Source: Actinomycetes bacterium (GTDB taxonomy: Bacteria > Actinomycetota > Actinomycetes > JAJZTN01). Taken from it: a stretch of DNA of 47,942 bases. The notes under the pieces were generated by a model. The model saw nothing but the letters and a program-made list of their open reading frames with translations. It was not told where the DNA came from and did not search any database. Shown piece after piece: positions 29,053 through 38,650 of this stretch. How positions within the stretch are numbered: position 1 is the first letter of the stretch; every line of letters begins with the position of its first letter. A program made the position numbers and the translations under genes. The stretch spans positions 1 through 47,942 of the forward strand of contig JAJZTN010000002.1 of the NCBI GenBank assembly GCA_021848885.1, read 5' to 3'.

Positions 29053-30240
29053 ATGCCCGTGGACGCGGTCACCCCCGACGCCACGGTCATCCGTCGACTG
29101 GAGCGGGCCACCGGGGTGCTGGCCAGCGCGGCACTGGCGCGCATGGACGAGGTGCTGCCGTGGTACCGGGCGATGGGCCCAGCCGAACGCTCCTGGGTCG
29201 GGCTGGTGGCGCAGGCCGGTATCGCGGCCTTCGTCAACTGGTACCGCGCCCCCAACGCCGGACCGGCGATCACCGCCGACGTCTTCGGCACCGCCCCGCG
29301 CGAGCTGACCCGGTCGGTCACCCTGCAGCAGACCGTGGAGATGGTGCGGGTGACCATCGAGGTGGTCGAGGAGCGCATCGAGTCACTGGTCCGGGCCCCG
29401 GACGCCCCGGCGTTGCGCGAGGCGATCCTGCGCTACTCCCGCGAGGTGGCCTTCGCTGCCGCTGATGTCTACGCCCGCGCCGCCGAGGCCCGGGGAGCCT
29501 GGGACGCCCGGCTCGAGGCGCTCGTGGTCGACTCGGTCATGCGGGGGGACCCGGACGAGTCGGTGCGCTCGCGGGCCGCGGCGCTGGGCTGGAGCGCGAC
29601 CGGGCAGGTGGCGGTGGTGGTCGGGCACCCGCCGGAGCGGGCGGTGCGCTCACCGTTGCGGGCCGAGGAGGTCATCGACGACATGCGCACGCAGGCTCGC
29701 GCGGCCGGGCTGGACGTGCTCACCGGGGTGCATGGAGACCGGCTGGTGTGCGTGCTCGGCGGGCTGGCCGATCCGCTCTCGGGTGCCCGCTCGGTCGTCA
29801 GCGGCTTCGGGCCTGGCCCGGTCGTGGTCGGCCCGGTGGTCGCCGACCTGCTCTCTGCCGCTGCCAGCGCGCGCGCGGCGGTGGCTGGGCTGCGCGCCGC
29901 GGCGGGCTGGCAGGACGCACCGCGCCCGGTCAGCGCGGAGGACCTGCTGCCCGAACGGGCCCTGGCAGGGGACGGGCACGCCCGCCGGGCCCTGGTCAAC
30001 GAGGTCTACGCGCCAGTCATGGCCGCCGGGACGAGCCTGCTGGAGACGCTGGCCGCCTATCTGGAGCACGGTTGCTCGGTCGAGGCCACCGCCCGGCTGC
30101 TCTTCGTGCACCCCAACACGGTCCGCTACCGGCTACGCCGGGTGGCTGAGATCACCGGCCGTGCCCCCACCGACGCCCGGGACAGCTACGTGCTGCGACT
30201 GGCGCTCACGCTTGGGCGGCTCCACACCGCGGCGGAGTGA
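29053..30240 (+). CDS. PucR-family transcriptional regulator, MabR (Rv2242) / FasR (S. coelicolor)-like
   Basis: C-terminal PucR HTH (...LFVHPNTVRYRLRRVAEITG...). Sits immediately upstream of the fabD operon, as for MabR/FasR. Confidence 0.8.
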   Translation: MPVDAVTPDATVIRRLERATGVLASAALARMDEVLPWYRAMGPAERSWVGLVAQAGIAAFVNWYRAPNAGPAITADVFGTAPRELTRSVTLQQTVEMVRVTIEVVEERIESLVRAPDAPALREAILRYSREVAFAAADVYARAAEARGAWDARLEALVVDSVMRGDPDESVRSRAAALGWSATGQVAVVVGHPPERAVRSPLRAEEVIDDMRTQARAAGLDVLTGVHGDRLVCVLGGLADPLSGARSVVSGFGPGPVVVGPVVADLLSAAASARAAVAGLRAAAGWQDAPRPVSAEDLLPERALAGDGHARRALVNEVYAPVMAAGTSLLETLAAYLEHGCSVEATARLLFVHPNTVRYRLRRVAEITGRAPTDARDSYVLRLALTLGRLHTAAE

Positions 30241-30365
30241 CCTCCTAGCGGGCCCGAGCAGCGCCCAGGTACCCGGCTCTTTGTGGAGACCCTCCAAAAC
30301 CGTGGTGGCCAACTTCGTTGCTCCTGATCGCCTCGACGAGCCCCGTCAGGCGTCAGGGTGAAGAC

Positions 30366-31547
30366 ATGCTCGCCGTCGTCGCGCCAGGCCAGGGGTCCCA
30401 GACCCCCGGCTTCCTGGGCCCCTGGCTGGAGCTGCCGGGCTTCGCCGAGCGGATGCACTGGCTCTCCGCGGTCGCGGGCATGGACCTGGTGGCGCACGGC
30501 ACGACATCGGATGCCGAGACGATCCGGGACACCGCCGTCGCCCAGCCGCTGCTGGTCGCCTCGGCGCTGGTCTCGGCGCTCTCGCTCTTCCCTCACCCGA
30601 CCGACGCATTCCGCGTTGTCGGGGCGGTCGCCGGGCACAGCGTCGGGGAGATCGCGGCGGCCGCGGGTGCGGGAGTCATCTGCGCGGAGCAGGCCATGGT
30701 CTTCGTCCGGGAGCGCGGCCGCGCGATGGCCGAGGCCGCGGCGATGACCCCGACCGGCATGACCGCGGTGCTCGGTGGGGACGCCGAGGACGTGGCCGCG
30801 GCCCTGGCCCGGCACGGCTTGACCGCCGCCAACACCAACGGTGCCGGCCAGGTCGTGGCTGCCGGCACGATGGAGCAGCTCGCCGCGCTGGCCGCTGACC
30901 CGCCGACCAAGGCGCGGCTCATCCCGCTGCAGGTGGCCGGTGCGTTCCACACCGAGCACATGGCTGCTGCGGTGGCGGTGCTGGCACGCTATGCCGTCGC
31001 CATGAGCACCCACGACCCCCGCACCCGGCTGATCTCCAATGCCGACGGCAGCGTCGTGCACGACGGCCGGGACGTGCTGCGTCGCCTGGTCCGCCAGGTC
31101 AGCGCCCCGGTCCGTTGGGACCTGTGCATGCAGTCGATGGCCGACCTCGGCGTCACCGCGGTCATCGAGATGCCCCCCGCCGGCACCTTGACGAATCTCA
31201 TGAGGCGAGCGCTTCCGGGCGTCGAGACTCTCGCGCTGAAGACTCCCGAGGACCTGCCCGCAGCCCAGGACCTGGTGGCCCGGCACGGAAGCGCCAGCCC
31301 GCTGGACCACTCCCCCACGTGGCGGCTGCTCATCGCCCCCGCCTCGGGCACCTTCGTGCGCGGGGGCGCGGCTGTCGGGGACAGCCTGGACCCAGGCAGC
31401 CGGATCGGCCTGGTCCACACCCGCCGGGACGACCAGCCGGTGCTCGCCCCGCACGGGGGCACCGTGCTGGAGTGGCTCGTGGAGGACGGTGACCCGGTCA
31501 CGCCTGGTCAGCCACTCCTCCGGCTGCACCCGGAAGCCGGCGGGTGA
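30366..31547 (+). CDS. fabD: Malonyl-CoA:ACP transacylase with a C-terminal lysine-less biotinyl/lipoyl-like domain
   Basis: FabD motifs (APGQGSQ, GHSVGE, AGAFHT) over about the first 300 aa. Residues about 316-393 (nt 31311-31547) resemble a BCCP hybrid barrel: APASGTFVR...VGD...GTVLEWLVEDGDPVTPGQPLLRL. Confidence 0.9.
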   Translation: MLAVVAPGQGSQTPGFLGPWLELPGFAERMHWLSAVAGMDLVAHGTTSDAETIRDTAVAQPLLVASALVSALSLFPHPTDAFRVVGAVAGHSVGEIAAAAGAGVICAEQAMVFVRERGRAMAEAAAMTPTGMTAVLGGDAEDVAAALARHGLTAANTNGAGQVVAAGTMEQLAALAADPPTKARLIPLQVAGAFHTEHMAAAVAVLARYAVAMSTHDPRTRLISNADGSVVHDGRDVLRRLVRQVSAPVRWDLCMQSMADLGVTAVIEMPPAGTLTNLMRRALPGVETLALKTPEDLPAAQDLVARHGSASPLDHSPTWRLLIAPASGTFVRGGAAVGDSLDPGSRIGLVHTRRDDQPVLAPHGGTVLEWLVEDGDPVTPGQPLLRLHPEAGG

Positions 31548-31629
31548 TGACCCGGCGCCCACAGGGGGTCGGGTCCGGCCCGCGGGCGGCGCCCTGCACC
31601 GACACAGCAGCGCACGAGGAGGCACGAGG

Positions 31630-32631
31630 ATGACGAGCAGGATCACTGCGTCCACTGGGGCGGCGTACGCGCGGATCCTCGGCGTGGGTGGCTACCGGCC
31701 GACCCGTGTCGTGCCCAACTCCGAGATCGTCGAGCTGATCGACTCCTCCGACGAGTGGATCCAGGAACGCTCCGGCATCCGGTCGCGGCGCTGGGCCGGG
31801 CCCGGGGAAAGCGTCGTGGAGATGTCCGTGGCCGCCGCCGGCAAGGCGCTGGCGCACGCCGGCATCGAGCCGGAGCAGGTCGGCTTCGTGCTGCTGGCCA
31901 CGGTGTCCCACCCCTACCAGACCCCCTCGGCCGCCGCTGAGGTCTCGCACCGGCTGGGCACCAGCAACGCCCCGGCCATGGACATCTCCGCCGCGTGCGC
32001 CGGCTTCTGCTACGGCGTGTCACTGGCCAACGACATGGTCCGCGGTGGCTCGGCACGCTACGTGGTGGTGATCGGCTGCGAGCGGCTGTCGGACTTCACC
32101 GACCACTTCGACCGCTCCACGGCGTTCCTGTTCGGGGACGGGGCGGGGGCCGTCGTCATCGGCCCGTCCGAGGAGCCTGCTATCGGCCCGACGGTGTGGG
32201 GGGCCCAGGGCGAGCACGCCAAGCTGATCACCCAACGGCACTCGTGGGTGGATGTGCGCGAGCACCTGGCAGACTTCCCGACCCTGACCATGCAGGGCCA
32301 GTCGGTCTTCCGCTGGGCGGTGTGGCAGATGGCCCCCGTGGCGCAGCAGGCACTGGACGCGGCAGGGGTGCGGGCCGAGGACCTGGACGCCTTCATCCCG
32401 CACCAGGCCAACATGCGGATCATCGACGCGATGACCAAGGCGCTCAAGCTGCCCGAGCATGTGCCGGTGGCCCGCGACATCGCCGAGACCGGCAACACCT
32501 CGGCCGCCTCCATCCCCTTGGCGATGGAGCGCATGCTGGCCACCGGTGAGGCCCCCAGCGGCGGTCTCGCCCTCACAATCGGCTTCGGCGCGGGCCTGGT
32601 GTACGCCGCCCAGGTCCTTGTGCTGCCCTGA
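31630..32631 (+). CDS. fabH: Beta-ketoacyl-ACP synthase III
   Basis: Motifs ...DEWIQERSGIRSRR..., active-site AACAGF, ...IPHQANMRI..., GNTSAASIP. ATG 31630 after GAGGAGG. Confidence 0.93.
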   Translation: MTSRITASTGAAYARILGVGGYRPTRVVPNSEIVELIDSSDEWIQERSGIRSRRWAGPGESVVEMSVAAAGKALAHAGIEPEQVGFVLLATVSHPYQTPSAAAEVSHRLGTSNAPAMDISAACAGFCYGVSLANDMVRGGSARYVVVIGCERLSDFTDHFDRSTAFLFGDGAGAVVIGPSEEPAIGPTVWGAQGEHAKLITQRHSWVDVREHLADFPTLTMQGQSVFRWAVWQMAPVAQQALDAAGVRAEDLDAFIPHQANMRIIDAMTKALKLPEHVPVARDIAETGNTSAASIPLAMERMLATGEAPSGGLALTIGFGAGLVYAAQVLVLP

Positions 32632-32699
32632 CCCAAACTGACCCGCCCTGACCCGCACTCGCCCACCCTTGCCCGCACAACCCGACCGAAGGAGCAGCC

Positions 32700-32948
32700 A
32701 TGGCCGCCAGCGAGCAGGAGATCCTCGCCGGACTCGCCGAGATCGTCAACGAAGAGACCGGCATCCCGACCGGTGACGTCGCCCTGGACAAGTCGTTCAC
32801 GGACGACCTGGACATCGACTCGCTGTCGATGATGACCATCGTGGTCAACGCCGAGGACAAGTTCGGCGTGAAGATCCCCGACGACGAGGTGAAGAACCTC
32901 AAGACCGTCGGCGACGCCGTCGCCTTCATCCAGCGCGCCGGCGCCTGA
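32700..32948 (+). CDS. acpP: Acyl carrier protein (AcpM/AcpP)
   Basis: 82 aa with the phosphopantetheine site DLDIDSLSMM. Confidence 0.95.
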   Translation: MAASEQEILAGLAEIVNEETGIPTGDVALDKSFTDDLDIDSLSMMTIVVNAEDKFGVKIPDDEVKNLKTVGDAVAFIQRAGA

Positions 32949-33060
32949 GCTCGACCCGGCCAGGAGCCCCCAGCGGCCCGACCCGGCCGCCGAACCGGGA
33001 GACCCCCGAGGCGACCGGGGAGCCGGCACCGTCCCGTCTACCAGACCCGCGGAGGGACCA

Positions 33061-34305
33061 GTGAGCACGACCGAGCCCATCGTCGTCACCGGCCTGGGCA
33101 TGACCACCCCGCTGGGCGGTGACGTCGCCACGAGCTGGGCGGCGTTGCTGGCCGGGCGCTCCGGCGCCCGCGTGCTCGCCGAGGAGTGGGCTGCCACCCT
33201 TCCGGTGCAGATCGCCTGCCCGGCGGCGGTTGACCCCGCCGAGGTCCTGCCGGTGCCGGAGCGCAAGCGGCTGGACCGCTCCGGCCAGTTCGCCCTCATC
33301 GCGGCGCGCGAGGCCTGGACGCACGCCGGCGCGCCGCAGGTTCCCTCCGAGCGGCTTGGCGTCGTCGTGGCCTCCGGGATCGGCGGGGTGACCACGCTGT
33401 TGTCGGCGTACGACACCCTGCTGGCGAAGGGCGCACGACGCGTCCTGCCCATGACGGTGCCGATGCTCATGCCCAACGGCCCGGCGGCCAGCGTCGGGCT
33501 CGAGCTCGGTGCGCGGGCCGGGGTGCACACCCCCGTGAGCGCGTGCGCGTCGGGGGCCGAGGCGATCGGCTACGCCGCCGACATGATCCGCTCCGGTCGC
33601 GCCGACGTCGTGGTAGCCGGCGGCACCGAGGCGGCCATCCACCCGCTGCCGATCGCGGGGTTCGCCGCGATGCAGGCCCTGTCCACCCGCAACGAGGAGC
33701 CCGAGCGTGCCTCACGTCCCTATGACAAGGGGCGCGACGGCTTCGTGCTGGGCGAGGGCGCCGGCATCGTCGTGCTGGAGACCCTCTCGCACGCCCGGGC
33801 TCGCGGAGCCACGGTCTACGCCGAGATCGCCGGGGTCGGCATAACAGCCGACGCCCACCACATCGCCCAGCCCGACCCGGTCGGCGCCGGAGCGGCGCGG
33901 GCGATGCGGCTGGCCCTGGACAACGCCGGGGCCAGCCCGCGCGACGTGGCGCACATCAACGCGCACGCCACCTCCACCCCGATCGGCGACATCGCCGAGG
34001 CCGCCGCGATCCGCGCCGTGCTGGGCGCAGCCACCGACGATGTGGTGCTCACCTCGACCAAGTCGATGACCGGGCATCTGTTGGGTGCGGCCGGTGCGGT
34101 GGAGTCGATCGCCACGATCCTGGCCCTGCACCACCGGCGGGTGCCCCCGACGATCAACCTCGAGGACCTCGACGACGATGTCGCCCTCGACATCGCCGTG
34201 GGAACCGGGCGGGTGCTGCCCGCCGAAGGGACACTGCTGGCGCTGAACAACTCCTTCGGATTCGGCGGGCACAACATCGCCGTGGCGATCCGGACCATCG
34301 CGTGA
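33061..34305 (+). CDS. fabF: Beta-ketoacyl-ACP synthase II (KasA/FabF)
   Basis: Active-site context VSACASGAEA, HATSTPIGD, GHLLGAAG, NSFGFGGHN. GTG start. Confidence 0.95.
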   Translation: MSTTEPIVVTGLGMTTPLGGDVATSWAALLAGRSGARVLAEEWAATLPVQIACPAAVDPAEVLPVPERKRLDRSGQFALIAAREAWTHAGAPQVPSERLGVVVASGIGGVTTLLSAYDTLLAKGARRVLPMTVPMLMPNGPAASVGLELGARAGVHTPVSACASGAEAIGYAADMIRSGRADVVVAGGTEAAIHPLPIAGFAAMQALSTRNEEPERASRPYDKGRDGFVLGEGAGIVVLETLSHARARGATVYAEIAGVGITADAHHIAQPDPVGAGAARAMRLALDNAGASPRDVAHINAHATSTPIGDIAEAAAIRAVLGAATDDVVLTSTKSMTGHLLGAAGAVESIATILALHHRRVPPTINLEDLDDDVALDIAVGTGRVLPAEGTLLALNNSFGFGGHNIAVAIRTIA

Positions 34306-35705
34306 GCGCCGCGGCGGCCGAGACCCTGGAGCGGGACCCCCGGGACCCTCAGGTGCGTTTCGAGCACTTCTTCGACCCCGGCAGCGTCGAGCTGATCACC
34401 GAGGTGGACCGCTCCGGGATGCTCGCCGCCGTCGGCACCGTCGAGGGCACCCCGGTGACCGCCTTCGCCTCCGACGCCACGGTGATGGGCGGCGCGATGG
34501 GGGTGGACGGCTGCAGGGTCATCCTCACCGCCTACGAGCGGGCCCTGGCCGAGGGCACCCCGGTGGTCGGGCTGTGGCACTCCGGTGGCGCCAGGCTGCC
34601 AGAGGGGGTCGTCTCACTGCACGCGGTGGGCGAGGTCTTCGCGATCATGACGCGGGCCTCCGGCCGGGTCCCGCAGATCTCGGTGGTCATCGGCCCCGCG
34701 GCCGGTGGCGCCGCGTACGGGCCGGCGCTGACCGACATCGTCATCCTCGGGCCGGAGGGCCGGGTCTTCGTCACCGGACCCGACGTGGTCCGCTCGGTCA
34801 CCGGGGAGAACGTCGACGCGCTGCGGCTGGGCGGGCCGGAGCCGCACGGGCGCCGCTCCGGGGTGGTGCACGTGGTGGCCCCTACCACGGAGGCCGCCTT
34901 CGTCGAGGCCCGCCGACTGGCCTCGCTGCTGGGCAACCAGGCAAGCCTGGACCTGGGCAGCGTCACCGACCTTGACCTGGGCAGCCTCCTGCCGGACTCG
35001 CCCAAGCGGGCCTACGACGTGCACCCGCTCATCGACGTCCTGCTGGACTCCCCCGGCGTGGAGCTGCACCCGCGCTGGGCCCCCAACGTCGTGACGATGC
35101 TCGGTCGACTGGGCGGGCGCACCGTCGGCGTGGTGGCCAACAACCCGCTGCGGCTGGGTGGCTGCCTGGACTCGTCCTCGGCGGAGAAGGCGGCCCGTTT
35201 CGTGCGGATGTGCGACGCCTTCGGCGTGCCCCTGATCGTCGTGGTCGACGTGCCCGGCTACCTTCCTGGGGTTGGGCAGGAGTGGGACGGCGTGGTGCGC
35301 CGCGGTGCCAAGCTGCTGCACGCCTTCGCCGAGGCCACCGTCGCCCGTGTCACCCTGGTCACCCGCAAGGCCTATGGCGGCGCCTACATCGCGATGAATG
35401 CCCGCTCGCTTGGCGCGACCCGGGTCCTCGCATGGCCCGGTGCGGAGGTCGCCGTCATGGGGGCGGTGGCGGCGGTGCGCATCCTGCACCGACGCCGGCT
35501 GGCCGAGGTGCCCGAGGAGAACCGGGCGCTGGTCGAGCTGGAGCTCGCCGAGGAGCACGAGAAGCTCGCGGGCGGCCTGGCCCGGGCGGTCGAGATCGGA
35601 GTCATCGACGAGATCATCGAGCCGACCCAGACCCGCTCGGCCATCGCCGCGGCGATTGCGGCCGCACCGGCCCGGCGCGGCCAGCACGGCAACATCCCGC
35701 TGTAG
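34302..35705 (+). CDS. accD6: Acyl-CoA carboxylase carboxyltransferase beta subunit (AccD6-like)
   Basis: Carboxyltransferase motifs (...MGGAMG..., ...GPAAGGAAY..., ...AYGGAYIAM...). Start overlaps the fabF stop (GTGA). Same position as accD6 in the mycobacterial fasII operon. Confidence 0.9.
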   Translation: MSAAAAETLERDPRDPQVRFEHFFDPGSVELITEVDRSGMLAAVGTVEGTPVTAFASDATVMGGAMGVDGCRVILTAYERALAEGTPVVGLWHSGGARLPEGVVSLHAVGEVFAIMTRASGRVPQISVVIGPAAGGAAYGPALTDIVILGPEGRVFVTGPDVVRSVTGENVDALRLGGPEPHGRRSGVVHVVAPTTEAAFVEARRLASLLGNQASLDLGSVTDLDLGSLLPDSPKRAYDVHPLIDVLLDSPGVELHPRWAPNVVTMLGRLGGRTVGVVANNPLRLGGCLDSSSAEKAARFVRMCDAFGVPLIVVVDVPGYLPGVGQEWDGVVRRGAKLLHAFAEATVARVTLVTRKAYGGAYIAMNARSLGATRVLAWPGAEVAVMGAVAAVRILHRRRLAEVPEENRALVELELAEEHEKLAGGLARAVEIGVIDEIIEPTQTRSAIAAAIAAAPARRGQHGNIPL

Positions 35706-35720
35706 CCGCCGCGCCTCGCC

Positions 35721-36236
35721 TCAGACAACCTGGTGCAGCCAGCGCACCGGTGTGCCCTCGCCGGCGTGCCGGAAAGGCTCGAGCTCGTTGTCCCAGGCCC
35801 GCCCGAGCAGGTCGGCGACCGCCTCGCCCAGATCCGCCTCGCCCAGCGCCGCCCGGCTCAGCGCGGCGCGCAGCCGCTCCTCGGGCACCAGGATGTCGCC
35901 GTGGACGCCTGTGACCGCGTGGTAGATGCCCAGCGTCGGGGTGCACGAGTAGCGCTCCCCCTCGGTGCCGGGGGTCGGCTCCTCGGTGACCTCGAAACGC
36001 AGCCCCGACCAGCCGCGCAAGGCCGATGCGATCTTCGACGCGGTCGAGGGGCGACCCTGCCAGCTCAGCTCGGCACGCAGCATCCCGGGCGCGACTGGCT
36101 GCGGGATCCAGTCCAGGCTGACCCGGACCCCGAGCACCCCGGACAGCGCCCACTCGACATGCGGCGCCAGGGCGGGCGGCGCGGAGTGCACGAAGACCAC
36201 GCCGCGCGTGGCGGTGTGCGACGACGAAGCCGACAT
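35721..36236 (-). CDS. DUF3145 domain protein
   Basis: ...VVFVHSAPPALAPHVEWALSGVLG...LSWQG...RFEVTEEP...PVRWLHQVV is typical of DUF3145 (from memory). ATG 36236 after AGGAGG. The tracked 318-aa extension was rejected. Confidence 0.8.
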   Translation of the reverse strand: MSASSSHTATRGVVFVHSAPPALAPHVEWALSGVLGVRVSLDWIPQPVAPGMLRAELSWQGRPSTASKIASALRGWSGLRFEVTEEPTPGTEGERYSCTPTLGIYHAVTGVHGDILVPEERLRAALSRAALGEADLGEAVADLLGRAWDNELEPFRHAGEGTPVRWLHQVV

Positions 36237-36482
36237 CGACGGACCTCCTAGGTGCGAGCTGCGCCTTCCCCAGCGTTCTCGCGCCTGGCCCGTGCCGGCG
36301 TGGCCATTGTGCCCCATCCGCCCCATGCGCACCAGCACCGGTGTCCGACGAGGCCTCACGCGCACCAAGCGATGCGCACGAGCACCCCGGACCCGGCCCG
36401 TTCGAGGTGACCCTCGTGCTGAAGCCGGGCGGCGTACCTGCCGATAAGGCCATGACACTGACCCGGCGAAGGAGGAGGTGCC

Positions 36483-36908
36483 ATGGACGACGCCGAGCTG
36501 CTGATGGCTGCGGCGTACGACGAGGGCGTGGTGACCCAGGTCATCCGGCCGGCGGCGATCATCCCCGAGGAGGCGGCCAGGGCTGTCCTGGTGGAGCTGG
36601 CGCTGCGCGACGTGCAGAACGGGGGGGTGTGGCAGTCCGAGCCCTCGCTGTGGAGCCGCTTCGACCGGCCGTTCCACGGCATGAACAACCCGGCGGGGGC
36701 CGAGCTGATCGGCACCATCCAGGTCGCCTACGGCACCCCCACGCGCTACGAGATCACCATCTACCGGGCCACGGTCACCCGGTTCGGCACCGACAACGGC
36801 TGGACGGTCGAGGCTCTCTGCGACGAGGCGCTGGCCTTCGGCGGTCTGGACCTTGCCACCTGCCCGCGAGCCAAGCTCACAGCGCCCCCGAAGCCGTTCC
36901 GGTTCTAG
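36483..36908 (+). CDS. Hypothetical protein
   Basis: 141-aa ORF with a strong RBS (GAAGGAGGAGG) and high G/C third positions. No family recognised. Confidence 0.6.
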   Translation: MDDAELLMAAAYDEGVVTQVIRPAAIIPEEAARAVLVELALRDVQNGGVWQSEPSLWSRFDRPFHGMNNPAGAELIGTIQVAYGTPTRYEITIYRATVTRFGTDNGWTVEALCDEALAFGGLDLATCPRAKLTAPPKPFRF

Positions 36909-37639
36909 GCGGGTCTGCGACCGGCCCAGACCACGTCTGGGTCGCCGTGCCGGGTGGGCACCTCGAGGGTCTCAACGCCTTCGAGAACCTCCGCCAGCCT
37001 CGAGGCAAACTCGGGGTGGCCCGTGGCGCCCCACACCGTGACCACACCGCCGGGTCGCACCGACCGGGTCAGCAGCCGCAAGCCGTCGGGCTGATAGAGC
37101 ACAGCGTTGCCCGGACGAACCAGCCAGTCCGGGCCGTTGTCGACGTCCAGGCACACCAGGTCGAAACTCGCTGGCACCGCGACCGGTGAGCCAGGCTCAC
37201 CCAAGGCCTCGGCCAGGTCGGCGCACACGACCTCGACCCTGGGGTCCTCCAGCACGTGCCCGCCGGGAGCTGCCAGCGGGCCACGGTGCCATTCGAGCAC
37301 CACCGCCTCGAGCTCGACCACGACGACACGGCACACCCGAGGGTCGGCCAGCACCTCGGCGGTGGTGAAGCCGACCCCGAGGCCACCTATCAGAACGGAC
37401 AGGGCGCTCCCCCACACCCGGTCCAGCCCGGCCCGGGCCAGCAGGCGCTCGGAGCGCCCGTCCCGGGTGTCCATCAGGAACGTCCCGTTGGCGATGATCT
37501 CCAGGGCGGAACCGACCCGACGCAGCACCAGCTCCCCACAGCGACCGGGGCGCCGGTCCAGCACCTCGACCGGCGCGGAGGCCTCACATCTGTCAGGGCG
37601 TCGGCTCGTGGGGTCTCGGGTCGTGGGGTCTTGGGTCAT
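36905..37639 (-). CDS. Spermidine-synthase-like class I SAM-dependent methyltransferase
   Basis: Motifs ...VLIGGLGVGFT...VVVVELE...FDLVCLDVDNGP... typical of the spermine/spermidine synthase fold. ATG 37639. The stop overlaps the convergent gene in CTAG. Confidence 0.72.
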   Translation of the reverse strand: MTQDPTTRDPTSRRPDRCEASAPVEVLDRRPGRCGELVLRRVGSALEIIANGTFLMDTRDGRSERLLARAGLDRVWGSALSVLIGGLGVGFTTAEVLADPRVCRVVVVELEAVVLEWHRGPLAAPGGHVLEDPRVEVVCADLAEALGEPGSPVAVPASFDLVCLDVDNGPDWLVRPGNAVLYQPDGLRLLTRSVRPGGVVTVWGATGHPEFASRLAEVLEGVETLEVPTRHGDPDVVWAGRRPA

Positions 37640-37825
37640 GGCGCGAGTCAGCCTAAGAGGGTGAGCCGGCGAAGCTGGCCAGATCGAGCCAGGCACCCAG
37701 ATGCCGCTCGGCCCGACCGGTTGAGCGGTCGGGCCGAGCGGTCACTTCGGGTCGTTCAGCCGAGCGGGGCGACCCAGCCGGGGGCGGAGGCTGGCGGTCA
37801 CGCCCCCGGCCGGAGCCGAGGCCTG

Positions 37826-38398
37826 CTAGGCGTTGGCCGGCGCCACGTAGCGGGAGGAGGTGGTCGGCGCCTCGACCTTGCGAGCGTGCCGGAAGCCGAG
37901 CAGGGCCATGAAGCCCAGGACCACGGCTCCGACGAAGGCCACGATCGACACCCACAGTGCGATGACGCCGAACTGCCAGAACGCGTAGGCGGAGAGCAGG
38001 CTGGCTCGGAGCATGTCACCCTGGAAGAGGGTGGTCTTCAGACCGGCGAGCTTCTTGTCATCCGGGTTGGCCCTGGCCGCGGCGCTGATCTGCGCGTAGC
38101 TCTTGTCGCCCGAGGCCTTCATCATGTGGACCCAGATGAACTCGTCGGCGTAGGCCTTGGCCTTAGGGCCGGTGTCGACCATTTGGCCGCCGTACTGCTG
38201 CAGGCCGGGGAACTCGCTGGCTGACAGCCCGGCGCTGCCCGCGGCCGGGAAGAAGATCTTCTCCTGCTTCAGCTGGCTGGTGACCTGGTTGGTCACGAAG
38301 TTGTGGCCGACCAGCGCCAGCACCCCGCCGACCAGCAGCAGCACTGCGAGCGCTGCGCCGATAGCGGAGATCAGGCGGTCCATGTATGAGCGTTGCAT
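37826..38398 (-). CDS. Membrane protein with N- and C-terminal TM helices (unknown function)
   Basis: 190-aa ORF with hydrophobic helices at both ends and good codon bias. Confidence 0.65.
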   Translation of the reverse strand: MQRSYMDRLISAIGAALAVLLLVGGVLALVGHNFVTNQVTSQLKQEKIFFPAAGSAGLSASEFPGLQQYGGQMVDTGPKAKAYADEFIWVHMMKASGDKSYAQISAAARANPDDKKLAGLKTTLFQGDMLRASLLSAYAFWQFGVIALWVSIVAFVGAVVLGFMALLGFRHARKVEAPTTSSRYVAPANA

Positions 38399-38650
38399 GG
38401 TGTGTCCTCTCGTCGTCGTCCCGGGACCATCAAACCTGGATCGAACAAGGTGGGACGCGGCCCGAGGTCCTGAGATTCCGGGACTTAGGTCACCCTTACC
38501 TCATACCCCCGGGGGTTCCTCGAAGAAGAGATCCGCAAAGACGCCCTGCACCACTGCTCAGCCAACCGACAGACCCGCAGCGCTCACCTGGCGCGCCGAG
38601 CACAGACCCGCGAATCCTTGCGCTGCAAGCGCTCTCGGATTGGGAAATAT

